Shown: piece after piece, positions 43,862 to 54,434 of the stretch
How positions within the stretch are numbered: position 1 is the stretch's first letter
How the letters are laid out: each line of letters opens with the position of its first letter
NCBI GenBank assembly: GCA_963711565.1
Contig: CAVQEQ010000001.1
Location: 768,001-832,000, forward strand
Direction: 5' to 3'
Length of the DNA stretch: 64,000 bases
Source: an uncultured delta proteobacterium
Lineage (GTDB): Bacteria; Desulfobacterota; Binatia; Binatales; Binataceae
The notes under the pieces: generated by a model
The model's input: only the letters and a program-made list of their open reading frames with translations
Databases searched by the model: none
What the model was told of the DNA's origin: nothing
Translations under genes and position numbers: made by a program

Positions 43862-44170
43862 TTACTTCGATGCGCGTTTCATCGAAGCAGCCTGCGGGGA
43901 ATGACGAAATCCCTGTCGCCGAGCCTTAGAATACCACTGCGTCGCCGCTTCGCGATCATTCCGCGACATTGCGATCGTTCCAAGATTGTTCGAAGCCAAG
44001 CCGTTTCCCTGTTCTGAAGCGAGTGTGTACCATCTCACAGCCTCGTCCTCGTCAATAGGAAGTCCGCCTAAGCCTAGCTGACATATTGAACCTACGGCAA
44101 CCTGAGCCTCCTGCTCTCCCTCTGCCGCGAAGTACTTGAGCATTCGGTACGCTCTTGCATAGTCACCCAT
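43862..44170 (-). CDS. Sel1-repeat protein, putative immunity
   Basis: AQVAVG...EAVRWYTLASEQGNGLASNNLG...WYSKARRQG; follows tip E. Confidence 0.7.
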   Translation of the reverse strand: MGDYARAYRMLKYFAAEGEQEAQVAVGSICQLGLGGLPIDEDEAVRWYTLASEQGNGLASNNLGTIAMSRNDREAATQWYSKARRQGFRHSPQAASMKRASK

Positions 44171-44230
44171 CTTAAAGGCTCGAAGACCCTCTTTGTATTC
44201 ATTTTGTTAACTCGTCACGGACTTGTCCTC

Positions 44231-44600
44231 TCACTCATTTCGGGCGGGAAAGTTGCCGTCAAAACCTTTGGGACAGGACTTCATGTCAGGAGGCAGTGGA
44301 AATGTGGCAATGGCACCCCATCCTTTGCATTTGTACCCGCATGTAGTGTCGCCGTTTCTCGGATTCGTAACCTCAGCTACTAGTGTGCATCGGAAAGGCT
44401 GCGTCGGCCGAGAGGCGCACAATTTTCCCGCGATTGCGACGGCCGCCGCGCCGCCGGCCATAGTTAGGTTCCACCACCAACTCGGGTCGCACAAATTTGG
44501 AAAGTCCTCGCAGAACTCCTGCACGGGTACCGTAACATCCTGCGTTCCCATGGGATCACGAACGTCTGTAGGTCGATTGCCAGCGTAGGAATAGAGATCC
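44231..44600 (-). pseudogene. Orphan Rhs C-terminal tip E
   Basis: DLYSYAGNRPTDVRDPMG followed by a Cys-rich domain; no core or start. Confidence 0.75.
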
Positions 44601-44695
44601 TCGGTCCAAACCGTTCGGCTAGAGCGAATTGTTTTTGCGGAGTACAGGCTTCAAGTGTGTGCTGGTTGAGTTAGCTAAAATGACCTCGCGCAGAT

Positions 44696-45739
44696 TCAAG
44701 TAGTTTGAGTTCCGGTCTGACGTGCAGCACAGCGTTCAAGTTCGGCGGCTAGACCGCGACAGTCGATCACACTTGCGGCATCGCGGCGATGCACCTCTAC
44801 CAGTTGGCCGTCCTTCAGATCAAACGACGCTCCACCCTCGGCTTCGTATTCGTAAGAACTCTCGTGGAGGGAGCGTATCTCGCGAAACCTGAATACGGCT
44901 TCGGTGCTTGCTGGCGGCTGCATGAAGTCTACGAACTTCAGTGACTGGATGCTTAGAAGCAGCTGCGCAGAATCGTGGTAATGTATTCGATAGTACAACA
45001 GGTCTCTGGAGAATGGCGACAGCGATTCGTATTGTGATCGCCGCTCAGCAGAATTCAGCAACCTCTTTGCCAAACCTGTGTAGTCAACGACCTGAAAAAG
45101 ATCGTCGTATTGAAGGCATGTGAGGAATCCCGCTGGCGAGCGCTCCGGAAGCTTTGAAAGACTATTATACACGCCGAATTCGGAATAAGAATCAAGATCC
45201 TGAAAACACCAAACGTCGTGGCTCCTGCGGTCATCTGAGTCCAGATTTCTTCCGACAAAGATTAGCGGCTCGGGGTAAAGATTTAGTCGCAAGGAATCCT
45301 CATACCAGACCATGAAGTAAAGTTGTGAAACTTCAATCCGCTTCGGACGGTTATTCTTTAACAGGGCACCGCCCGAAACATAATCCAAACCACAGGCCTC
45401 GAGTTCTCCTATGATACGATCACGACCATTCAACCATAACATGCCCACTTCCGTGTGCGGATTCGGTACTTCGGGATCCATGTACGGCGCGAGAATCTTC
45501 CCGAGTACCGCGACCGGATCTAATGCCCAATCATTAATGTCCTTTAAAAGGACCTGACCACGCCTCGTGTCCGGAGCATCGCTCGATAATCGATGTGCAG
45601 CGACCAACCTCGCCTCCGCCAACAGATCCTGTAGCTCGGAGTTCGAATAGTGCACTTCCAGTTCTCGACTTACTGCGGCGACAACCGAATTTGAAAGTTT
45701 CACTGACTGCTCCTCAATGAAATAGGCTCCGCCTCCCAC
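44696..45739 (-). CDS. Putative immunity protein; N-terminal domain plus two tandem related domains
   Basis: Follows tip D; internal repeat LYFMVWYED...VVDYTGLAKRL and LYYRIHYHD...VIDCRGLAAEL. Confidence 0.6.
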   Translation of the reverse strand: MGGGAYFIEEQSVKLSNSVVAAVSRELEVHYSNSELQDLLAEARLVAAHRLSSDAPDTRRGQVLLKDINDWALDPVAVLGKILAPYMDPEVPNPHTEVGMLWLNGRDRIIGELEACGLDYVSGGALLKNNRPKRIEVSQLYFMVWYEDSLRLNLYPEPLIFVGRNLDSDDRRSHDVWCFQDLDSYSEFGVYNSLSKLPERSPAGFLTCLQYDDLFQVVDYTGLAKRLLNSAERRSQYESLSPFSRDLLYYRIHYHDSAQLLLSIQSLKFVDFMQPPASTEAVFRFREIRSLHESSYEYEAEGGASFDLKDGQLVEVHRRDAASVIDCRGLAAELERCAARQTGTQTT

Positions 45740-45838
45740 CGACGTGACGAAGTCTTTATAAACCTGCGCCCCGAACCTTCAGAGAGCTTTCGGCACTCAG
45801 CGTTTCCTCGCTTACTATGCTAGGATAGCATCCTATAT

Positions 45839-46940
45839 CTAGGGTAGAACAGGCTCTGGAATTCCTCCGAGTCCAGGAGCTTCTCCGGGTCCCTGCAACA
45901 GCTGCGACAACGCGCCTAAAGCAGTTACGACCGCCGCTGCACCGAGTACCGAACACTTTTCACCAGTAGGTGGTTCGTTGCACGAGCAGCTTGGCGGACC
46001 ATCGATCCACTTTCTGATCGGAAAGAAGCGTCCTCCGTCATCGCCCTTTCCACCGCTGACTCTGAATATCTGGCGGACCACACAGCTCTGCACCGTTTTC
46101 CCCTCGGCCTTGCAGGTGGATTCACAATCCGCGCTCTCTTGTTTGTTGCAGACGCGGAATCTTCCACCGCGGGAATAAGTAATAGTTCCCAAGGGATCAG
46201 TTTCGGATGCTGCGTCGTTCCCAACGTAGGCGTAGAGATTCCAATCGCCCCCGTAAAAATCTAGGGGGTCTTGAACTGTGAACCTCTGTAGCGTTGGGCT
46301 GTAGTATCGCGCTCGATAGTAATCGAGCCCGATACCATCGTTCTCTCTTCCGGTGAACTGGTACGGGTTCGCGCTTGCTTGCCCGGTCGCTGCGGAATTA
46401 CCGAACGGGTCGTATGTATACGAGGTCTGTTGCGTTCCACTAGAGTCGGTGAGGGCGAGCGTGCTGCCGAGTATATCGGTCAAGTAATCTCGGGCGCCGG
46501 CCGAGTCGGTGCGCTGCAAGTACTCATCAATGCCAAGACCCGTCAACATGTTGGCGCTCGGGCGCCATTCTGAAGCTCCTGGACCGGATTCATGCCGTCG
46601 TAGAGGAACTGCACGATGCCGTTGGGCAGGGTCAACGAAGTCCTCCGGTCCGCGTTATCATAGCCGAACGGAATTGAGGTCGATCCCTGGATGATTCCGG
46701 TCAGCCTATTTGCATTGTCCCAGCCGTCGTCCCTCCGCATCGTAGCCGTAAGTCAGGTTCCCGAGTTGCGCGCTCCCCGCGCTGTAAGTTAGCCCGGTGA
46801 TGCGGGAGTCGTTGTCAACGTTGTACGCGACCGTCACACCGTTGGGCAGCGTCAGCGACGTGCGCCGGTTGGCGTTGTCTCACCTGTAGCTGACCGAGCT
46901 GGATTGACCCGCCACCTGCATTGTCTGCCGCCCCTGCGCT
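45839..46940 (-). pseudogene. Orphan Rhs module D (ORF 45839-46549 plus frameshifted core scraps to ~46940)
   Basis: YQFTGREND, RARYYSP, DPLDF..NLYAYVGND...DPLG; Cys-rich tip with hydrophobic end. Confidence 0.8.
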
Positions 46941-46943
46941 CCA

Positions 46944-47369
46944 TTAGAAAACAATTCCCGCGAAAATAAGCTGTATCTGCGTGAGGCGCTGCAACTCAAC
47001 GTAACGGTCAACAAGCGGCGTTGACTTCGATACCAGCTTGCGATATGACGCAAAATACCGTTTTCTCAGTTGGCCTAAATCTTTGAACCGCAGCCACCTG
47101 AAGGATTTCTGCCTACCAGTCAGTAAGTGATGCGTTGCTCCCCGCACTTGCCAAAAACATGTTGCGGCGGAGGTTATAGTATTTAAGACGTAATCGACAT
47201 CACCACTGCTGATATCGATTGGCTCCGAAATCTCGTCTTTAAGAAAGTAATAAAAATGGACAGACGAATCTACGGCCGTTAGTAAGTCCTGAAGATACCC
47301 AGGCTCCTTCTCGCCAAATAATGCCACAACGGCGGTTACCATCTTTTCTTGGTCACTGATTTTAGTCAT
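46944..47369 (-). CDS. Putative immunity protein for tip C
   Basis: ATGA overlap with the toxin stop; AT-rich; no family recognised. Confidence 0.65.
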   Translation of the reverse strand: MTKISDQEKMVTAVVALFGEKEPGYLQDLLTAVDSSVHFYYFLKDEISEPIDISSGDVDYVLNTITSAATCFWQVRGATHHLLTGRQKSFRWLRFKDLGQLRKRYFASYRKLVSKSTPLVDRYVELQRLTQIQLIFAGIVF

Positions 47370-48920
47370 GGTGGTGGAGGGTTTTCTATAAACTGCTGGC
47401 AGTCTTCAAAAAGTTGATCCATCATTGCTTTGATCTCCGCCAATTCGGCCGCATCAGGCCCGCACGCGTTCAGCGCTGCCCGGTAAGCATTCCACACCCG
47501 CTTCCAATTTTCTCGGATCGACTTTTTATGCTGGCCAGGATCGCAGTTCGCGGCGAAATAATCGCCACATCTATTTCCGAGGGAAGCCACTGCAGCGGCC
47601 AAGTTTCTAATCGCCTTTCCGCAGTCTCGGAATGGGAATTCGCCCATTGGATCGGTGAAGTTCGTCGGATCATTTGCAACATACGCATACAGATCAATCC
47701 CGCCGAGGAAGTCGATCGGATCCTGCGCCATGAACCCCTGGAGGGTCGGGCTGTAGTATCTTGCGCGATAGAAGTACAATCCAGCGCCGTCGTTTTCTCT
47801 GCCGGTGAACTGGTACGGGTTCGAGCTCGATACCCCGGTGAGGGTGGTATTGCCGAATGGATCGTATGAATATTGCGTCTGGATGGTGCCGGACAAATCG
47901 GTGAGTGCAAGGGTGCTTCCGAGGGGGTCACTGATATAGCTGCTCGGGCCAGAGCCGTCGCTGCGTTGAAAGTACTCATCGATTCCGAGCCCGGTCAGCA
48001 TGTTCGCGCCTGGAGCGCCACTCTGGAGCTCCTGCACTGGATTTAACCCGTCGTAGAGGAACTGCGTAGACGTACTGTTGACCGTCTTCTGTGCGCGCCT
48101 ACCGTCGGCGTCGTACGCGAAGCTCGCAGCATTAGGACCGGCGATCGCCGTCAGGTGATTTCGGGCATCCCAGTTGTAAGTGCTCGTCCCGTCGTTGGTC
48201 AGGTTGCCGTTGGCATCGTAGGTCTGCGGCGTTCCGTTGAACGCGGTCATTTCGTTCGCTGCGTTGAACGAGTTCCCCGTCACCGCCTGCGGCAGCCCGG
48301 TCTGCGCGAAGCTGCCGGTCTTCTCAATCACCCGGCTGTCCGCGTCGTATGAATACTCTAGATCGCCCACCGTGTTGCTCCCCAGCGTCCAGCTCATCGC
48401 CGTCACGTGCGAGTCGATGTCGTAAGTATACGCGAGCACGATGCCGTTGGGCAGAGTCAGCGTGTTCCTGCGGTCCGCGTTGTCATATGCGATCGGAATC
48501 GACGCGCTGCCTTGGGTGATTCCGGTCAGCCGGTTCGCATTGTCCCAGGAATATGAAACCGTCGGCTGCCCGACCACCGTCATCGTCTGACGCCGGCGGG
48601 CGTTGTCGTAGAAATAGCCAACTTCGCCCTGCGCGGTCTGCTCGTCCGTCAGGTCGTCCAAGCCGTCATACTGCCGGACGGTCGTTCCCGCAATCGAGTC
48701 GACGATCTGTGTGATGCGGTCTCCGGGATCGAATGTGTAGCTGCTCGTGCTTTCGTAGCTGCCGCTGGTGTACCCGAAGCCGGCGAATTTGCGCCGGTTA
48801 ATCCCGTCGTATTGGTAAACGCTCGTCTCACCGCGCCGGTCCGTATGGCCGGTCAGGTTGCCGTTGCCATCGTAGCCGTAAGTCTCGGTCGCCGCCAGCG
48901 GGTCGGTCCGCGAAGCCTTG
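47366..48920 (-). pseudogene. Orphan Rhs module C (partial core plus helical Cys-containing tip)
   Basis: YD repeats, PTNFTDPMG cleavage motif; upstream 48920-49155 is scrambled core sequence. Confidence 0.85.
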
Positions 48921-49213
48921 CGGTACGGGTTCGAGCTCGATGATTTCGCGCATCCCAACCTCGCCCCTGCGCTCTCTTGCTCGTCCTTCAGGTCGTCCAG
49001 ACCGTCATACCGGGCGCATGACGGTTCCCGCAATCGAGTCGACGATCTGCATGACCCGATCTCCAAGATCGAAAGTGTAAGCGCTCCGTAGCTGCTGGCA
49101 GTGCACCCGAAGCCACGAACTTGCGGTGGTTGATCCCGACGTACTGATAGACGGTAACTTTGCAGCAATTCTAGATATTTCTCGAGTGAAGTCGGATTGA
49201 AAATCAGGACACG

Positions 49214-49714
49214 TCAATTGGACGTTGCCAGGCTGGTCGTTTTTGCAAACTTCCTATGCAGATACGGTAAAGCCTTGAACCACTGCAAATATCCTAGCGT
49301 CACCGGAATCAGCCACCATATACCCACGAAAACTAGCTCTCCATCGCACGCCTGCGGCCCGATAACTGGACAGAGCAAGCGACTCAGTACAAACGTGATA
49401 GAAAATGATAATATACTCGACGGAAAACAATAAATCATCGTGGGGAAATTTGACAGCCACTGAGACTGCTCTGCGAGGCGTGGTTCATCCAGGTTACCGC
49501 CAATGCTGAGGTGGTAGTATTCGAAGGCAAGGATCGCCATCAGGTGAGCCACAACAAGGGCCACCCAAATGGCGCGCGCCGATTTAAAATGTTCTAGGGC
49601 AAAACGTCCGAACCAGATCGTTGCCACTAAGAGGCCAAAGAAACAGAGCGCATAGGCGAGAAAGATAAGTATCAAGAATGCGTCCACTAGAGAGTCTCGC
49701 CAGTGAGTGTGCAT
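49214..49714 (-). CDS. Membrane immunity protein for tip A (copy 2)
   Basis: About 4 TM helices; overlaps the toxin stop; identical to 53934-54434. Confidence 0.7.
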   Translation of the reverse strand: MHTHWRDSLVDAFLILIFLAYALCFFGLLVATIWFGRFALEHFKSARAIWVALVVAHLMAILAFEYYHLSIGGNLDEPRLAEQSQWLSNFPTMIYCFPSSILSFSITFVLSRLLCPVIGPQACDGELVFVGIWWLIPVTLGYLQWFKALPYLHRKFAKTTSLATSN

Positions 49715-51378
49715 GCTTCCTTACACGCCGATTCAGTGGCCCACGCCCAATCGAAACAGTCATGAATAGGAATGGTATAGTGACCAGGATCAAGCCCGAA
49801 GAAATACTGAACACACTGGTCAACGCATGGTCTGTCTTTGCTGACTGTGATGCAAAAGTCGGCTTTATTCCAATCGTCGGGATTTAATACCCCATCATCG
49901 TATGGATTATGGCGGTCTTTAGGGTACATACCTTTGCACGTGTTCCTATTGGGGGCGCAAAGGAACATGTGAGGTATAGGTCTCGGTAGTTCTACACATA
50001 ACAGGGTGTCAAGCCCGGTTGGATCGGTCAAATTGGTCGGGCTATTCCCCGCGTACCCGTAGAGATTGATCCCGCCCTTAAAGCCGACCGGGTCTTGTGA
50101 GATGAACCTTCCCGGCGAGGGCGAGTAATATCTATGCCGATTAAAATACAGTCCGATGCCGTCGTTTTCCCGGCCGGTGAACTGGTACGGGTTCGCGCTT
50201 GCTTGCCCGGTCGCTGCGGAATTACCGAACGGGTCGTATGTATACGAGGTCTGTTGCGTTCCACTAGAGTCGGTGAGGGCGAGCGTGCTGCCGAGTATAT
50301 CGGTCAAGTAATCTCGGGCGCCGGCCGAGTCGGTGCGCTGCAAGTACTCATCAATGCCAAGACCCGTCAACATGTTGGCGCTCGGGGCGCCATTCTGAAG
50401 CTCCTGGACCGGATTCATGCCGTCGTAGAGGAACTGCGTAGACGTACTGTTGACCGTCTTCTGTGCGCGCCTACCGTCGGCGTCGTACGCGAAGCTCGCA
50501 GCATTAGGACCGGCGATCGCCGTCAGGTGATTTCGGGCATCCCAGTTGTAAGTGCTCGTCCCGTCGTTGGTCAGATTGCCGTTGGCATCGTAGGTCTGCG
50601 GCGTTCCATTAAAGGCGGTCATCTCGTTTGCCGCGTTGAACGTGTTCCCCGTCACCGCCTGCGGCAGCCCCGTCTGCGCGAAGCTGCCCGTCTTCTCGAT
50701 CACCCGGCTGTCCGCGTCGTATGAATATTCGAGATCGCCCACCGGATTGCTTGCCAGCGTCCAAGTCATCGCCGTCACGTGCGAGTCGATGTCGTAAGTA
50801 TACGCGAGCACGATGCCGTTGGGCAGAGTCAGCGTGTTCCTGCGGTCCGCGTTGTCATATGCGATCGGAATCGACGCGCTGCCTTGGGTGATTCCGGTCA
50901 GCCGGTTCGCATTGTCCCAGGAATATGAAACCGTCGGCTGCCCGACCACCGTCATCGTCTGACGCCGGCGGGCGTTGTCGTAGAAATAGCCAACTTCGCC
51001 CTGCGCGGTCTGCTCGTCCGTCAGGTCGTCCAAGCCGTCATACTGCCGGACGGTCGTTCCGGCGATCGAGTTGACGATCTGTGTGATGCGGTCCCCGAGA
51101 TCGAATGTGTAGCTGCTGGTGCTTTCGTAGCTGCCGCTGGTGTACCCGAAACCGGCGAATTTGCGCCGGTTGATCCCGTCGTACTGGTAGACGCTCGTCT
51201 CGCCGCGCCGGTCCGTATGGCCGGTCAGGTTGCCGTTGCCGTCGTAGCCGTAGGTCTCGGTCGCCGCCAGCGGATCGGTCCGCGAGGCCTTGCGATTCAT
51301 CGGGTCGTACGTATATGAGGTCAGACCGCCGTTCGCGTCGGTCACGCTCGTCAGATTGCTGTTTGGGTCGTATCCGTG
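49687..51378 (-). pseudogene. Orphan Rhs module with tip A (copy 2)
   Basis: YD repeats, PTNLTDPTGL, tip PHMFLC..GMYP...HYTIPIHDCFDWA. Confidence 0.85.
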
Positions 51379-51515
51379 TAACTTTGCAACGTCTGGTGCC
51401 CGAACGGATCCGTAGTGCTGGTGGTGTTTACTATGGCCGCCAAAACCAAACGGATTCCGTCCCCCCCTTCACCACAGAACAATGCCAGAGGATGTCGTGG
51501 AATGCTTGGCTCGAT

Positions 51516-52025
51516 TCACTTGCCTGTTGGTTTTTCAGTTTGAATTTTAACAGACCTTTTCGTCGCTTTCAAACCTTTAGCCGATTGAGTTTGAGACCCA
51601 TCCGCTGCCGCGAGATTCTTTCTCACGCGACAGGTCCTGCCATCAGGATACAAGGCTCGCAGGAAAACTTTCGCGGGCGACTCTCCTTTGAGATGTGCAT
51701 CCAAAACTTCACAAAGGCGAGGATGGGCGTTAAACTTCCCTAACTTTCCTAAGATGGCTATCCAGAACTTCATGAAAGCTGTAAGATTAGCGGTCTCATA
51801 GAGAGCGGCTAAGAAATTACCGGCATCTTCCTCGTCCCCTACACGATAAAGTAGCGTCAGAACCTTCCTTTTTTGGTCATCGTCGGCAGTCTCATTGAAT
51901 AATTCGATCAACTTCTCAGTTTTCCCTTTAGGATCCTTGTCGATCAGACACGATATTTCGTGTTGCGACAGCCCCAGCTCAAGGCAATCTATCTTAGCTT
52001 GCTTTATGTAGTTTCTTTTGTTCAA
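51516..52025 (-). CDS. Putative immunity protein for tip B
   Basis: Directly follows the tip, RBS GAAGGA with TTG start; helical, AT-rich. Confidence 0.6.
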   Translation of the reverse strand: MNKRNYIKQAKIDCLELGLSQHEISCLIDKDPKGKTEKLIELFNETADDDQKRKVLTLLYRVGDEEDAGNFLAALYETANLTAFMKFWIAILGKLGKFNAHPRLCEVLDAHLKGESPAKVFLRALYPDGRTCRVRKNLAAADGSQTQSAKGLKATKRSVKIQTEKPTGK

Positions 52026-52046
52026 GGTTATCCTTCCAAGGTGCGT

Positions 52047-53640
52047 CTATATACCTATCGGAGTGCCCCCGAGAATCAATGAGAGGAGAATGAGTTCGGC
52101 TATCAAGCTGCTTGTCGTCTGATCAGGCCGTGCTGCTTGCTTGTAAGGGTCGGAAAGAGGACACGACTCTTCTTTCGGTTGACCGCCACCGTCTGGAGGA
52201 GGTTCCTCACATTTCTCATCGTACTCGGCTTGGAGATCGTCTAATTGATTATGTAGGACGCCCAGTGCACCGGCGTTTCTATTGAGGAACGCAGCGCCAA
52301 TTAATTTCTTAATCTCCTCGATTGCTTTACGAAGATCTTCGCATTCCTCAGACTCGAGTCCAGTTGGATCTGTTCTGCTCAGCGGATTGTTTAGAACATA
52401 GGAATAAAGATTGACCTCTCCCCCCATTAAGCCGATCGGATCCTGCGCCATGAACCCCTGGAGGGTCGGGCTGTAGTATCTTGCGCGATAGAAGTACAAT
52501 CCAGCGCCGTCGTTTTCTCTGCCGGTGAACTGGTACGGGTTCGAGCTCGATACCCCGGTGAGGGTGGTATTGCCGAATGGATCGTAAGTATAGGACGTTT
52601 GTGTGCTTCCGCTGGAGTCGGTCAGCGCAAGCGTGCTGCCGAGAATATCGGTCATATAGTTGCGGGCACCAGCCGAATCAGTACGCTGAAAGTATTCATC
52701 AACACCGAGACCAGTCAGCAGATTCGCGCTTGGGGCTCCACTCTGAATCTCTTGTACTGGATTTAACCCGTCGTAGAGGAACTGCGTAGACGTACTGTTG
52801 ACCGTCTTCTGTGCGCGCCTACCGTCGGCGTCGTACGCGAAGCTCGCAGCATTAGGACCGGCGATCGCCGTCAGGTGATTTCGGGCATCCCAGTTGTAAG
52901 TGCTCGTCCCGTCGTTGGCGAGATTGCCGTTGGCATCGTAGGTCTGCGGCGTTCCGTTGAACGAGGTCATCTCATTGGCCGCGTTGAAGGTATTACCGCT
53001 AACCGGCTGCGGCAGCCCGGTCTGCGCGAAGCTGCCGGTCTTCTCAATCACCCGGCTGTCCGCGTCGTATGCGTACTCGAGGTCGCCCACCGGATTGCCC
53101 GCCAACGTCCAGCTCATTCCCGTCACGTGCGAATCGTTGTCGTAAGTATACGTCAACAAAATCCCGTTGGGCAGAGTCAGCGTGTTCCTGCGGTCCGCGT
53201 TGTCATATGCGATCGGAATCGACGCGCTGCCTTGGGTGATTCTGGTCAGCCGGTTCGCATTGTCCCAGGAATATGAAACCGTCGGCTGCCCGACCACCGT
53301 CATCGTCTGACGCCGGCGGGCGTTGTCGTAGAAATAGCCAACTTCGCCCTGCGCGGTCTGCTCGTCCGTCAGGTCGTCCAAGCCGTCATACTGCCGGACG
53401 GTCGTTCCCGCAATCGAGTCGACGATCTGTGTGATGCGGTCTCCGGGATCGAATGTGTAGCTGCTCGTGCTTTCGTAGCTGCCGCTGGTGTACCCGAAGC
53501 CGGCGAATTTGCGCCGGTTAATCCCGTCGTATTGGTAAACGCTCGTCTCACCGCGCCGGTCCGTATGGCCGGTCAGGTTGCCGTTGCCATCGTAGCCGTA
53601 AGTCTCGGTCGCCGCCAGCGGGTCGGTCCGCGAAGCCTTG
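52047..53640 (-). pseudogene. Orphan Rhs module B
   Basis: YD repeats, PLSRTDPTGL, coiled tip ending in hydrophobic LIAELILLSLILGG. Confidence 0.85.
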
Positions 53641-53933
53641 CGGTACGGGTTCGAGCTCGATGATTTCGCGCATCCCAACCTCGCCCCTGCGCTCTCTTGC
53701 TCGTCCTTCAGGTCGTCCAGACCGTCATACCGGGCGCATGACGGTTCCCGCAATCGAGTCGACGATCTGCATGACCCGATCTCCAAGATCGAAAGTGTAA
53801 GCGCTCCGTAGCTGCTGGCAGTGCACCCGAAGCCACGAACTTGCGGTGGTTGATCCCGACGTACTGATAGACGGTAACTTTGCAGCAATTCTAGATATTT
53901 CTCGAGTGAAGTCGGATTGAAAATCAGGACACG

Positions 53934-54434
53934 TCAATTGGACGTTGCCAGGCTGGTCGTTTTTGCAAACTTCCTATGCAGATACGGTAAAGCCTTGAAC
54001 CACTGCAAATATCCTAGCGTCACCGGAATCAGCCACCATATACCCACGAAAACTAGCTCTCCATCGCACGCCTGCGGCCCGATAACTGGACAGAGCAAGC
54101 GACTCAGTACAAACGTGATAGAAAATGATAATATACTCGACGGAAAACAATAAATCATCGTGGGGAAATTTGACAGCCACTGAGACTGCTCTGCGAGGCG
54201 TGGTTCATCCAGGTTACCGCCAATGCTGAGGTGGTAGTATTCGAAGGCAAGGATCGCCATCAGGTGAGCCACAACAAGGGCCACCCAAATGGCGCGCGCC
54301 GATTTAAAATGTTCTAGGGCAAAACGTCCGAACCAGATCGTTGCCACTAAGAGGCCAAAGAAACAGAGCGCATAGGCGAGAAAGATAAGTATCAAGAATG
54401 CGTCCACTAGAGAGTCTCGCCAGTGAGTGTGCAT
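53934..54434 (-). CDS. Membrane immunity protein for tip A (copy 1)
   Basis: As 49214-49714. Confidence 0.7.
   Translation of the reverse strand: MHTHWRDSLVDAFLILIFLAYALCFFGLLVATIWFGRFALEHFKSARAIWVALVVAHLMAILAFEYYHLSIGGNLDEPRLAEQSQWLSNFPTMIYCFPSSILSFSITFVLSRLLCPVIGPQACDGELVFVGIWWLIPVTLGYLQWFKALPYLHRKFAKTTSLATSN

Noticed and set aside
48920-49168. N-termini of the 600-aa and 613-aa Rhs ORFs as real protein starts
   Set aside because: Out-of-frame, scrambled core sequence that happens to be open; no RBS or domain.
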